Below are positions 1 through 14,300 of a DNA stretch of 64,000 bases, one piece after another (position 1 is the stretch's first letter; each line of letters opens with the position of its first letter). The position numbers were made by a program, and so were the translations under genes. The notes below the pieces were generated by a model. It ran no database searches and was not told where the DNA came from. It saw only the letters and a list, made by a program, of their open reading frames with translations. The stretch is from Eledone cirrhosa (taxonomy: Eukaryota), in assembly GCA_964016885.1 (NCBI GenBank), contig OZ024744.1, forward strand, positions 1,736,001 through 1,800,000. Direction: 5' to 3'.

Positions 1-344
1 GTTCTTCACCAAGCTATCTTTCTCTACCTTGTCTTCCCTCAAAACATCGTTCTTCACCAAGCTATCTTTCTCTACCTTGTCTTCTCCCAAAACTTCGTTA
101 TTCACCAAGCTATCTTTCTCTACCTTGTCTTCCCTCAAAACTTCGTTCTTCACCAAGCTATCTTTCTCTACCTTGTCTTCCCCCAAAACTTCGTTCTTCA
201 CCAAGCTATCTTTCTCTACCTTGTCTTCCCCCAAAACTTCGTTCTTCACCAAGCTATCTTTCTCTACCTTGTCTTCCCCCAAAACTTCTTTCTTCACCAA
301 GTCATCTTTCTCTACCTTGTCATCCCTCAAAACTTCGTTCTTCA

Positions 345-2350
345 CCAAGCTATCTTTCTCTACCTTGTCTTCCCTCAAAACGTCGTTCTTCACCAAGCTA
401 TCTTTCTCTACCTTGTCTTCCCCCAAAACTTCGTTCTTCACCAAGCTATCTTTCTCTACCTTGTCTTCCCCCAAAACTTCGTTCTTCACCAAGCTATCTT
501 TCTCTACCTCGTCTTCCCTCAAAACTTCGTTCTTCACCAAGCTATCTTTCTCTACCTTGTCTTCCCCCAAAACTTCGTTCTTCACCAAGTCATCTTTCTC
601 TACCTTGTCTTCCCACAAAACGTCATTCTTCACCAAGCTATCTTTCTCTACCTTGTCTTCCCCCAAACTTCGTTCTTCACCAAGCTATCTTTCTCTACCT
701 TGTCTTCCCCCAAAACTTCGTTCTTCACCAAGCTATCTTTCTCTACCTCGTCTTCCCTCAAAACTTTGTTCTTCACCAAGCTATCTTTCTCTACCTCGTC
801 TTCCCTCAAAACTTCGTTCTTCACCAAGCTATCTTTCTCTACCTTGTCTTCCCCTAAAACTTCGTTCTTCACCAAGCTATCTTTCTCTACCTTGTCTTCC
901 CCCAAAACTTCGTTCTTCACCAAGCTATCTTTCTCTACCTTGTCTTCCCCCAAAACTTCGTTCTTCACCAAGCTATCTTTCTCTACCTTGTCTTCCCTCA
1001 AAACGTCGTTCTTCACCAAGCTATCTTTCTCTACCTTGTCTTCCCCCAAAACTTCGTTCTTCACCAAGCTATCTTTCTCTACCTCGTCTTCCCTCAAAAC
1101 TTCGTTCTTCACCAAGCTATCTTTCTCTACCTTGTCTTCCCACAAAACGTCATTCTTCACCAAGCTATCTTTCTCTAACTTGTCTTCCCTCAAAACGTCG
1201 TTCTTCACCAAGCTATCTTTCTCTACCTTGTCTTCCCCCAAAACTTCGTTCTTCACCAAGCTATCTTTCTCTACCTTGTCTTCCCCCAAAACTTCGTTCT
1301 TCGCAAGCTATCTTTCTCTACCTTGTCTTCCCCCAAAACTTCGTTCTTCAGCAAGCTATCTTTCTCTACCTTGTCTTCCCACAAAACGTCGTTCTTCACC
1401 AAGCTATCTTTCTCTACCTTGTCTTCCCTCAAAACGTCGTTGTTCACCAAGCTATCTTTCTCTACCTTGTCTTCCCTCAAAACATCGTTCTTCACCAAGC
1501 TATCTTTCTCTACCTTGTCTTCTCCCAAAACTTCGTTATTCACCAAGCTATCTTTCTCTACCTTGTCTTCCCTCAAAACTTCGTTCTTCACCAAGCTATC
1601 TTCCTCTACCTTGTCTTCCCCCAAAACTTCGTTCTTCACCAAGCTATCTTTCTCTACCTTGTCTTCCCCCAAAACTTCGTTCTTCACCAAGCTATCTTTC
1701 TCTAGCTTGTCTTCACACAAAACTTCGTTCTTCTCCAAGCTATCTTTCTCTACCTTGTCTTCCCACAAAACGTCATTCTTCACCAAGCTATCTTTCTCTA
1801 CCTTGTCTTCCGTCGAAACTTCGTTCTTCACCAAGATATCTTTCTCTACCTTGTTTTCTCCCAAAACTTCGTTCTTCACCAAGCTATCTTTCTCTACCTT
1901 GTCTTCCCTCAGAACATCGTTCTTCACCAAGCTATCTTTCTCTACCTTGTCTTCCCTCAAAACGTCGTTCTTCACCAAGCTATCTTTCTCTACCTTGTCT
2001 TCCCTCAAAACATCGTTCTTCACCAAGCTATCTTTCTCTACCTTGTCTTCTCCCAAAACTTCGTTATTCACCAAGCTATCTTTCTCTACCTTGTCTTCCC
2101 TCAAAACTTCGTTCTTCACCAAGCTATCTTTCTCTACCTTGTCTTCTCCCAAAACTTCGTTCTTCACCAAGCTATCTTTCTCTACCTTGTCTTCCCCCAA
2201 AACTTCGTTCTTCACCAAGCTATCTTTCTCTACCTTGTCTTCCCCCAAAACTTCTTTCTTCACCAAGTCATCTTTCTCTACCTTGTCATCCCTCAAAACT
2301 TCGTTCTTCACCAATCTATCTTTCTCTGCCTTGTCTTCCCCCAAAACTTC
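345..2350. repeat. About 2-kb block of monomers recurring at offset +5561 (about 5906-7911) and largely at +10400 (about 10745-12320)
   Basis: The same ordered rare variants recur (CCCCCAAACTT deletion, TAACTT, TTCGCAAG, TTCAGCAAG, TAGCTT/CACAC, GTCGAAA, TTGTTTTC). The - strand ORFs 648..1289, 6209..6850 and 11048..11689 are all 213 aa and nearly identical. Confidence 0.85.
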
Positions 2351-5300
2351 TTTCTTCACCAAGTCATCTTTCTCTACCTTGTCATCCCTCAAAACTTCGT
2401 TCTTCACCAATCTATCTTTCTCTACCTTGTCTTCCCCTAAAACTTCGTTCTTCACCAAGCTATCTTTCTCTACCTTGTCTTCCCCCAAAACTTCGTTCTT
2501 CACCAAGCTATCTTTCTCTACCTTGTCTTCCCCCAAAACTTCGTTCTTCACCAAGCTATCTTTCTCTACCTTGTCTTCCCTCAAAACGTCGTTCTTCACC
2601 AAGCTATCTTTCTCTACCTTGTCTTCCCCCAAAACTTCGTTCTTCACCAAGCTATCTTTCTCTACCTCGTCTTCCCTCAAAACTTCGTTCTTCACCAAGC
2701 TATCTTTCTCTACCTTGTCTTCCCACAAAACGTCATTCTTCAACAAGCTATCTTTCTCTAACTTGTCTTCCCTCAAAACGTCGTTCTTCACCAAGCTATC
2801 TTTCTCTACCTTGTCTTCCCCCAAAACTTCGTTCTTCACCAAGCTATCTTTCTCTACCTTGTCTTCCCCCAAAACTTCGTTCTTCGCAAGCTATCTTTCT
2901 CTACCTTGTCTTCCCCCAAAACTTCGTTCTTCAGCAAGCTATCTTTCTCTACCTTGTCTTCCCACAAAACGTCGTTCTTCACCAAGCTATCTTTCTCTAC
3001 CTTGTCTAACCTCAAAACGTCGTGCTTCACCAAGCTATCTTTCTCTACCTTGTCTTCCCTCAAAACATCGTTCTTCACCAAGCTATCTTTCTCTACCTTG
3101 TCTTCTCCCAAAACTTCGTTATTCACCAAGCTATCTTTCTCTACCTTGTCTTCCCTCCAAACTTCGTTCTTCACCAAGCTATCTTTCACTACCTTGTCTT
3201 CCCCCAAAACTTCGTTCTTCACCAAGCTATCTTTCTCTACCTTGTCTTCCCCCAAAACTTCGTTCTTCACCAAGCTATCTTTCTCTACCTTGTCTTCCCT
3301 CAAAACTTTGTTCTTCACCAAGCTATCTTTCTCTACCTTGTCTTCCCCCAAAACTTCGTTCTTCACCAAGCTATCTTTCTCTACCTTGTCTTCTCCCAAA
3401 ACTTCGTTATTCACCAAGCTATCTTTCTCTACCTTGTCTTCCATCAAAACTTCGTTCTTCACCAAGCTATCTTTCTCTACCTTGTCTTCCCCCAAAACTT
3501 CGTTCTTCACCAAGCTATCTTTCTCTACATTGTCTTCCCCAAAACTTCGTTCTTCACCAAGCTATCTTTCACGACCTTGTCTTCCCTCAAAACGTCGTTC
3601 TTCACCAAGCTATCTTTCTCTCCTTTGTCTTCCCCCAAAACTTCGTTCTTCACCAAGCTATCTTTCTCTACCTTGTCTTCCCCCAAAACTTCGTTCTTCA
3701 CCAAGCTATCTTTCTCTACCTCGTCTTCCCTCAAAACTTCGTTCTTCACCAAGCTATCTTTCTCTACCTTGTCTTCCCCTAAAACTTCGTTCTTCACCAA
3801 GCTATCTTTCTCTACCTTGTCTTCCCCCAAAACTCCGTTCTTCACCAAGCTATCTTTCTCTACCTTGTCTTCCCCCAAAACTTCGTTCTTCAGCAAGCTA
3901 TCTTTCTCTACCTTGTCTTCCCACAAAACGTCGTTCTTCACCAAGCTATCTTTCTCTACCTTGTCTTCCCTCAAAACGTCGTGCTTCACCAAGCTATCTT
4001 TCTCTACCTTGTCTTCCCTCAAAACATCGTTCTTCACCAAGCTATCTTTCTCTACCTTGTCTTCTCCCAAAACTTCGTTATTCACCAAGCTATCTTTCTC
4101 TACCTTGTCTTCCATCAAAACTTCGTTCTTCACCAAGCTATCTTTCACTACCTTGTCTTCACCCAAAACTTCGTTCTTCACCAAGCTATCTTTCTCTACC
4201 TTGTCTTCCCCCAAAACTTCGTTCTTCACCAAGCTATCTTTCTCTACCTTGTCTTCCCTCAAAACTTCGTTCTTCACCAAGCTATCTTTCTCTACCTTGT
4301 CTTCCCCCAAAACTTCGTTCTTCACCAAGCTATCTTTCTCTACCTTGTCTTCTCCCAAAACTTCGTTATTCACGAAGCTATCTTTCTCTACCTTGTCTTC
4401 CATCAAAACTTCGTTCTTCACCAAGCTATCTTTCTCTACCTTGCCTTCCCCCAAAACTTCGTTCTTCACCAAGTCATCTTTCTCTACCTTGTCATCCCTC
4501 AAAACTTTGTTCTTCACCAATCTATCTTTCTCTACCTTGTCTTCCCCCAAAACTTCGTTCTTCACCAAGCTATCTTTCTCTAGCTTGTCTTCACACAAAA
4601 CTTCGTTCTTCACCAAGCTATCTTTCTCTACCTTGTCTTCCCACAAAACGTCATTCTTCACCAAGCTATCTTTCTCTACCTTGTCTTCCGTCAAAACTTC
4701 GTTCTTCACCAAGATATCTTTCTCTACCTTGTCTCCTCCCAAAACTTCGTTCTTCACCAAGCTATCTTTCTCTACCTTGTCTTCCCTCAGAACTTCGTTC
4801 TTCACCAAGCTATCTTTCTCTACGTTGTCTTCCCCCAAAACTTCGTTCTTCACCAAGCTATCTTTCTCTACATTGTCTTCCCCAAAACTTCGTTCTTCAC
4901 CAAGCTATCTTTCACGACCTTGTCTTCCCTCAAAACGTCGTTCTTCACCAAGCTATCTTTCTCTACCTTGTCTTCCCCCAAACTTCGTTCTTCACCAAGC
5001 TATCTTTCTCTACCTTGTCTTCCCCCAAAACTTCGTTCTTCACCAAGCTATCTTTCTCTACCTCGTCTTCCCTCAAAACTTTGTTCTTCACCAAGCTATC
5101 TTTCTCTACCTTGTCTTCCCCCAAAACTTCGTTCTTCACCAAGCTATCTTTCTCTACCTTGTCTTCCCCCAAAACTTCGTTCTTCACCAAGCTATCTTTC
5201 TCTACCTTGTCTTCCCTCAAAACGTCGTTCTTCACCAAGCTATCTTTCTCTACCTTGTCTTCCCCCAAAACTTCGTTCTTCACCAAGCTATCTTTCTCTA

Positions 5301-8189
5301 CCTTGACTTCCCCCAAAACTTCGTTCTTCACCAAGCTATCTTTCTCTACCTCGTCTTCCCTCAAAACTTCGTTCTTCACCAAGCTATCTTTCTCTACCTT
5401 GTCTTCCCCCAAAACTTCGTTCTTCACCAAGTCATCTTTCTCTACCTTGTCTTCCCACAAAACGTCATTCTTCACCAAGCTATCTTTCTCTACCTTGTCT
5501 TCCCCCAAACTTCGTTCTTCACCAAGCTATCTTTCTCTACCTTGTCTTCCCCCAAAACTTCGTTCTTCACCAAGCTATCTTTCTCTACCTTGTCTTCCCT
5601 CAAAACATCGTTCTTCACCAAGCTATCTTTCTCTACCTTGTCTTCTCCCAAAACTTCGTTATTCACCAAGCTATCTTTCTCTACCTTGTCTTCCCTCAAA
5701 ACTTCGTTCTTCACCAAGCTATCTTTCTCTACCTTGTCTTCCCCCAAAACTTCGTTCTTCACCAAGCTATCTTTCTCTACCTCGTCTTCACTCAAAACTT
5801 TGTTCTTCACCAAGCTATCTTTCTCTACCTTGTCTTCCCCCAAAACTTCGTTCTTCACCAAGCTATCTTTCTCTACCTTGTCTTCCCCCAAAACTTCGTT
5901 CTTCACCAAGCTATCTTTCTCTACCTTGTCTTCCCTCAAAACGTCGTTCTTCACCAAGCTATCTTTCTCTACCTTGTCTTCCCCCAAAACTTCGTTCTTC
6001 ACCAAGCTATCTTTCTCTACCTTGTCTTCCCCCAAAACTTCGTTCTTCACCAAGCTATCTTTCTCTACCTCGTCTTCCCTCAAAACTTCGTTCTTCACCA
6101 AGCTATCTTTCTCTACCTTGTCTTCCCCCAAAACTTCGTTCTTCACCAAGTCATCTTTCTCTACCTTGTCTTCCCACAAAACGTCATTCTTCACCAAGCT
6201 ATCTTTCTCTACCTTGTCTTCCCCCAAACTTCGTTCTTCACCAAGCTATCTTTCTCTACCTTGTCTTCCCCCAAAACTTCGTTCTTCACCAAGCTATCTT
6301 TCTCTACCTCGTCTTCCCTCAAAACTTTGTTCTTCACCAAGCTATCTTTCTCTACCTCGTCTTCCCTCAAAACTTCGTTCTTCACCAAGCTATCTTTCTC
6401 TACCTTGTCTTCCCCTAAAACTTCGTTCTTCACCAAGCTATCTTTCTCTACCTTGTCTTCCCCCAAAACTTCGTTCTTCACCAAGCTATCTTTCTCTACC
6501 TTGTCTTCCCCCAAAACTTCGTTCTTCACCAAGCTATCTTTCTCTACCTTGTCTTCCCTCAAAACGTCGTTCTTCACCAAGCTATCTTTCTCTACCTTGT
6601 CTTCCCCCAAAACTTCGTTCTTCACCAAGCTATCTTTCTCTACCTCGTCTTCCCTCAAAACTTCGTTCTTCACCAAGCTATCTTTCTCTACCTTGTCTTC
6701 CCACAAAACGTCATTCTTCACCAAGCTATCTTTCTCTAACTTGTCTTCCCTCAAAACGTCGTTCTTCACCAAGCTATCTTTCTCTACCTTGTCTTCCCCC
6801 AAAACTTCGTTCTTCACCAAGCTATCTTTCTCTACCTTGTCTTCCCCCAAAACTTCGTTCTTCGCAAGCTATCTTTCTCTACCTTGTCTTCCCCCAAAAC
6901 TTCGTTCTTCAGCAAGCTATCTTTCTCTACCTTGTCTTCCCACAAAACGTCGTTCTTCACCAAGCTATCTTTCTCTACCTTGTCTTCCCTCAAAACGTCG
7001 TTCTTCACCAAGCTATCTTTCTCTACCTTGTCTTCCCTCAAAACATCGTTCTTCACCAAGCTATCTTTCTCTACCTTGTCTTCTCCCAAAACTTCGTTAT
7101 TCACCAAGCTATCTTTCTCTACCTTGTCTTCCCTCAAAACTTCGTTCTTCACCAAGCTATCTTCCTCTACCTTGTCTTCCCCCAAAACTTCGTTCTTCAC
7201 CAAGCTATCTTTCTCTACCTTGTCTTCCCCCAAAACTTCGTTCTTCACCAAGCTATCTTTCTCTAGCTTGTCTTCACACAAAACTTCGTTCTTCACCAAG
7301 CTATCTTTCTCTACCTTGTCTTCCCACAAAACGTCATTCTTCACCAAGCTATCTTTCTCTACCTTGTCTTCCGTCGAAACTTCGTTCTTCACCAAGATAT
7401 CTTTCTCTACCTTGTTTTCTCCCAAAACTTCGTTCTTCACCAAGCTATCTTTCTCTACCTTGTCTTCCCTCAGAACATCGTTCTTCACCAAGCTATCTTT
7501 CTCTACCTTGTCTTCCCTCAAAACGTCGTTCTTCACCAAGCTATCTTTCTCTACCTTGTCTTCCCTCAAAACATCGTTCTTCACCAAGCTATCTTTCTCT
7601 ACCTTGTCTTCTCCCAAAACTTCGTTATTCACCAAGCTATCTTTCTCTACCTTGTCTTCCCTCAAAACTTCGTTCTTCACCAAGCTATCTTTCTCTACCT
7701 TGTCTTCCCCCAAAACTTCGTTCTTCACCAAGCTATCTTTCTCTACCTTGTCTTCCCCCAAAACTTTGTTCTTCACCAAGCTATCTTTCTCTACCTTGTC
7801 TTCCCCCAAAACTTCTTTCTTCACTAAGTCATCTTTCTCTACCTTGTCATCCCTCAAAACTTCGTTCTTCACCAATCTATCTTTCTCTGCCTTGTCTTCC
7901 CCCAAAACTTCGTTCTTCACCAAGCTATCTTTCTCTACCTTGTCTTCACACAAAACTTCGTTCTTCACCAAGCTATCTTTCTCTACCTTGTCTTCCCACA
8001 AAACGTCATTCTTCACCAAGCTATCTTTCTCTACCTTGTCTTCCGTCAAAACTTCGTTCTTCACCAAGATATCTTTCTCTACCTTGTCTTCTCCCAAAAC
8101 TTCGTTCTTCACCAAGCTATCTTTCTCTACCTTGTCTTCCCCCAAAACTTCGTTCTTCACCAAGCTATCTTTCTCTACATTGTCTTCCC

Positions 8190-9750
8190 CAAAACTTCGT
8201 TCTTCACCAAGCTATCTTTCACGACCTTGTCTTCCCTCAAAACGTCGTTCTTCACCAAGCTATCTTTCTCTACCTTGTCTTCCCCCAAACTTCGTTCTTC
8301 ACCAAGCTATCTTTCTCTACCTTGTCTTCCCCCAAAACTTCGTTCTTCACCAAGCTATCTTTCTCTACCTCGTCTTCCCTCAAAACTTTGTTCTTCACCA
8401 AGCTATCTTTCTCTACCTTGTCTTCCCCCAAAACTTCGTTCTTCACCAAGCTATCTTTCTCTACCTTGTCTTCCCCCAAAACTTCGTTCTTCACCAAGCT
8501 ATCTTTCTCTACCTTGTCTTCCCTCAAAACGTCGTTCTTCACCAAGCTATCTTTCTCTACCTTGTCTTCCCCCAAAACTTCGTTCTTCACCAAGCTATCT
8601 TTCTCTACCTTGTCTTCCCCCAAAACTTCGTTCTTCACCAAGCTATCTTTCTCTACCTCGTCTTCCCTCAAAACTTCGTTCTTCACCAAGCTATCTTTCT
8701 CTACCTTGTCTTCCCCCAAAACTTCGTTCTTCACCAAGTCATCTTTCTCTACCTTGTCTTCCCACAAAACGTCATTCTTCACCAAGCTATCTTTCTCTAC
8801 CTTGTCTTCCCCCAAACTTCGTTCTTCACCAAGCTATCTTTCTCTACCTTGTCTTCCCCCAAAACTTCGTTCTTCACCAAGCTATCTTTCTCTACCTCGT
8901 CTTCCCTCAAAACTTCGTTCTTCACCAAGCTATCTTTCTCTACCTTGTCTTCCCCTAAAACTTCGTTCTTCACCAAGCTATCTTTCTCTACCTTGTCTTC
9001 CCCCAAAACTTCGTTCTTCACCAAGCTATCTTTCTCTACCTTGTCTTCCCCAAAACTTCGTTCTTCACCAAGCTATCTTTCACGACCTTGTCTTCCCTCA
9101 AAACGTCGTTCTTCACCAAGCTATCTTTCTCTACCTTGTCTTCCCCCAAACTTCGTTCTTCACCAAGCTATCTTTCTCTACCTTGTCTTCCCCCAAAACT
9201 TCGTTCTTCACCAAGCTATCTTTCTCTACCTCGTCTTCCCTCAAAACTTTGTTCTTCACCAAGCTATCTTTCTCTACCTTGTCTTCCCCCAAAACTTCGT
9301 TCTTCACCAAGCTATCTTTCTCTACCTTGTCTTCCCCCAAAACTTCGTTCTTCACCAAGCTATCTTTCTCTACCTTGTCTTCCCTCAAAACGTCGTTCTT
9401 CACCAAGCTATCTTTCTCTACCTTGTCTTCCCCCAAAACTTCGTTCTTCACCAAGCTATCTTTCTCTACCTTGTCTTCCCCCAAAACTTCGTTCTTCACC
9501 AAGCTATCTTTCTCTACCTCGTCTTCCCTCAAAACTTCGTTCTTCACCAAGCTATCTTTCTCTACCTTGTCTTCCCCCAAAACTTCGTTCTTCACCAAGT
9601 CATCTTTCTCTACCTTGTCTTCCCACAAAACGTCATTCTTCACCAAGCTATCTTTCTCTACCTTGTCTTCCCCCAAACTTCGTTCTTCACCAAGCTATCT
9701 TTCTCTACCTTGTCTTCCCCCAAAACTTCGTTCTTCACCAAGCTATCTTT
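8190..9750. repeat. Local duplication, period 861 bp (18 monomers minus 3 deletions)
   Basis: Identical 181-aa - strand ORFs lie at 8270..8815 and 9131..9676. The CACGACC marker occurs at about 8220 and 9081. Confidence 0.8.
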
Positions 9751-11354
9751 CTCTACCTCGTCTTCCCTCAAAACTTTGTTCTTCACCAAGCTATCTTTCT
9801 CTACCTCGTCTTCCCTCAAAACTTCGTTCTTCACCAAGCTATCTTTCTCTACCTTGTCTTCCCCTAAAACTTCGTTCTTCACCAAGCTATCTTTCTCTAC
9901 CTTGTCTTCCCCCAAAACTTCGTTCTTCACCAAGCTATCTTTCTCTACCTTGTCTTCCCCCAAAACTTCGTTCTTCACCAAGCTATCTTTCTCTACCTTG
10001 TCTTCCCCCAAAACTTCGTTCTTCACCAAGCTATCTTTCTCTACCTCGTCTTCCATCAAAACTTCGTTCTTCACCAAGCTATCTTTCTCTACCTTGTCTT
10101 CCCACAAAACGTCATTCTTCACCAAGCTATCTTTCTCTAACTTGTCTTCCCTCAAAACGTCGTTCTTCACCAAGCTATCTTTCTCTACCTTGTCTTCCCC
10201 CAAAACTTCGTTCTTCACCAAGCTATCTTTCTCTACCTTGACTTCCCCCAAAACTGCGTTCTTCGCAAGCTATCTTTCTCTACCTTGTCTTCCCCCAAAA
10301 CTTCGTTCTTCAGCAAGCAATCTTTCTCTACCTTGTCTTCCCACAAAACGTCGTTCTTCACCAAGCTATCTTTCTCTACCTTGTCTTCCCTCAAAACGTC
10401 GTTCTTCACCAAGCTATCTTTCTCTACCTTGTCTTCCCTCAAAACATCGTTCTTCACCAAGCTATCTTTCTCTACCTTGTCTTCTCCCAAAACTTCGTTA
10501 TTCACCAAGCTATCTTTCTCTACCTTGTCTTCCCTCAAAACTTCGTTCTTCACCAAGCTATCTTTCTCTACCTTGTCTTCCCCCAAAACTTCGTTCTTCA
10601 CCAAGCTATCTTTCTCTACCTCGTCTTCCCTCAAAACTTTGTTCTTCACCAAGCTATCTTTCTCTACCTTGTCTTCCCCCAAAACTTCGTTCTTCACCAA
10701 GCTATCTTTCTCTACCTTGTCTTCCCCCAAAACTTCGTTTTTCACCAAGCTATCTTTCTCTACCTTGTCTTCCCTCAAAACGTCGTTCTTCACCAAGCTA
10801 TCTTTCTCTACCTTGTCTTCCCCCAAAACTTCGTTCTTCACCAAGCTATCTTTCTCTACCTTGTCTTCCCCCAAAACTTCGTTCTTCACCAAGCTATCTT
10901 TCTCTACCTCGTCTTCCCTCAAAACTTCGTTCTTCACCAAGCTATCTTTCTCTACCTTGTCTTCCCCCAAAACTTCGTTCTTCACCAAGTCATCTTTCTC
11001 TACCTTGTCTTCCCACAAAACGTCATTCTTCACCAAGCTATCTTTCTCTACCTTGTCTTCCCCCAAACTTCGTTCTTCACCAAGCTATCTTTCTCTACCT
11101 TGTCTTCCCCCAAAACTTCGTTCTTCACCAAGCTATCTTTCTCTACCTCGTCTTCCCTCAAAACTTTGTTCTTCACCAAGCTATCTTTCTCTACCTCGTC
11201 TTCCCTCAAAACTTCGTTCTTCACCAAGCTATCTTTCTCTACCTTGTCTTCCCCTAAAACTTCGTTCTTCACCAAGCTATCTTTCTCTAACTTGTCTTCC
11301 CCCAAAACTTCGTTCTTCACCAAGCTATCTTTCTCTACCTTGTCTTCCCCCAAA

Positions 11355-14300
11355 ACTTCGTTCTTCACCAAGCTATCTTTCTCTACCTTGTCTTCCCTCA
11401 AAACGTCGTTCTTCACCAAGCTATCTTTCTCTACCTTGTCTTCCCCCAAAACTTCGTTCTTCACCAAGCTATCTTTCTCTACCTCGTCTTCCCTCAAAAC
11501 TTCGTTCTTCACCAAGCTATCTTTCTCTACCTTGTCTTCCCACAAAACGTCATTCTTCACCAAGCTATCTTTCTCTAACTTGTCTTCCCTCAAAACGTCG
11601 TTCTTCACCAAGCTATCTTTCTCTACCTTGTCTTCCCCCAAAACTTCGTTCTTCACCAAGCTATCTTTCTCTACCTTGTCTTCCCCCAAAACTTCGTTCT
11701 TCGCAAGCTATCTTTCTCTACCTTGTCTTCCCCCAAAACTTCGTTCTTCAGCAAGCTATCTTTCTCTACCTTGTCTTCCCACAAAACGTCGTTCTTCACC
11801 AAGCTATCTTTCTCTACCTTGTCTTCCCTCAAAACGTCGTTCTTCACCAAGCTATCTTTCTCTACCTTGTCTTCCCTCAAAACATCGTTCTTCACCAAGC
11901 TATCTTTCTCTACCTTGTCTTCTCCCAAAACTTCGTTATTCACCAAGCTATCTTTCTCTACCTTGTCTTCCCTCAAAACTTCGTTCTTCACCAAGCTATC
12001 TTTCTCTACCTTGTCTTCCCCCAAAACTTCGTTCTTCACCAAGCTATCTTTCTCTACCTTGTCTTCCCCCAAAACTTCGTTCTTCACCAAGCTATCTTTC
12101 TCTAGCTTGTCTTCACACAAAACTTCGTTCTTCACCAAGCTATCTTTCTCTACCTTGTCTTCCCACAAAACGTCATTCTTCACCAAGCTATCTTTCTCTA
12201 CCTTGTCTTCCGTCGAAACTTCGTTCTTCACCAAGATATCTTTCTCTACCTTGTTTTCTCCCAAAACTTCGTTCTTCACCAAGCTATCTTTCTCTACCTT
12301 GTCTTCCCTCAGAACATCGTTCTTCATCCAAGCTATCTTTCTCTACCTTGTCTTCCCTCAAAACGTCGTTCTTCACCAAGCTATCTTTCTCTACCTTGTC
12401 TTCCCTCAAAACTTCGTTCTTCACCAAGCTATCTTTCTCTACCTTGTCTTCCCCCAAAACTTCGTTCTTCACCAAGCTATCTTTCTCTACCTTGTCTTCC
12501 CCCAAAACTTCTTTCTTCACCAAGTCATCTTTCTCTACCTTGTCATCCCTCAAAACTTCGTTCTTCACCAATCTATCTTTCTCTGCCTTGTCTTCCCCCA
12601 AAACTTCGTTCTTCACCAAGCTATCTTTCTCTACCTTGTCTTCACACAAAACTTCGTTCTTCACCAAGCTATCTTTCTCTACCTTGTCTTCCCACAAAAC
12701 GTCATTCTTCACCAAGCTATCTTTCTCTACCTTGTCTTCCGTCAAAACTTCGTTCTTCACCAAGATATCTTTCTCTACCTTGTCTTCTCCCAAAACTTCG
12801 TTCTTCACCAAGCTATCTTTCTCTACCTTGTCTTCCCTCAGAACTTCGTTCTTCACCAAGCTATCTTTCTCTACCTTGTCTTCCCCAAAAACTTCGTTCT
12901 TCACCAAGCTATCTTTCTCTACATTGTCTTCCCCAAAACATCGTTCTTCACCAAGCTATCTTTCTCTACCTTGTCTTTCATCAAAACGTCGTTCTTCACC
13001 AAGCTCTCTTTCTCTACCTTGTCTTCCCCCAAAACTTCGTTCTTCACCAAGCTATCTTTCTCTACCTCGTCTTCCCTCAAAACTTCGTTCTTCACCAAGC
13101 TATCTTTCTCTACCTTGTCTTCCCACAAAACGTCATTCTTCACCAAGCTATCTTTCTCTAACTTGTCTTCCCTCAAAACGTCGTTCTTCACCAAGCTATC
13201 TTTCTCTACCTTGTCTTCCCCCAAAACTTCGTTCTTCACCAAGCTATCTTTCTCTACCTTGTCTTCCCCCAAAACTTCGTTCTTCGCAAGCTATCTTTCT
13301 CTACCTTGTCTTCCCCCAAAACTTCGTTCTTCAGCAAGCTATCTTTCTCTACCTTGTCTTCCCACAAAACGTCGTTCTTCACCAAGCTATCTTTCTCTAC
13401 CTTGTCTTCCCTCAAAACGTCGTTCTTCACCAAGCTATCTTTCTCTACCTTGTCTTCCCTCAAAACATCGTTCTTCACCAAGCTATCTTTCTCTACCTTG
13501 TCTTCTCCCAAAACTTCGTTATTCACCAAGCTATCTTTCTCTACCTTGTCTTCCCTCAAAACTTCGTTCTTCACCAAGCTATCTTTCTCTACCTTGTCTT
13601 CCCTCAAAACGTCGTTCTTCACCAAGCTATCTTTCTCTACCTTGTCTTCCCCCAAAACTTCGTTCTTCACCAAGCTATCTTTCTCTACCTCGTCTTCCCT
13701 CAAAACTTCGTTCTTCACCAAGCTATCTTTCTCTACCTTGTCTTCCCACAAAACGTCATTCTTCACCAAGCTATCTTTCTCTAACTTGTCTTCCCTCAAA
13801 ACGTCGTTCTTCACCAAGCTATCTTTCTCTACCTTGTCTTCCCCCAAAACTTCGTTCTTCACCAAGCTATCTTTCTCTACCTTGTCTTCCCCCAAAACTT
13901 CGTTCTTCGCAAGCTATCTTTCTCTACCTTGTCTTCCCCCAAAACTTCGTTCTTCAGCAAGCTATCTTTCTCTACCTTGTCTTCCCACAAAACGTCGTTC
14001 TTCACCAAGCTATCTTTCTCTACCTTGTCTTCCCTCAAAACGTCGTTCTTCACCAAGCTATCTTTCTCTACCTTGTCTTCCCTCAAAACATCGTTCTTCA
14101 CCAAGCTATCTTTCTCTACCTTGTCTTCTCCCAAAACTTCGTTATTCACCAAGCTATCTTTCTCTACCTTGTCTTCCCTCAAAACTTCGTTCTTCACCAA
14201 GCTATCTTTCTCTACCTTGTCTTCCCCCAAAACTTCGTTCTTCACCAAGCTATCTTTCTCTACCTTGTCTTCCCCCAAAACTTCGTTCTTCACCAAGCTA

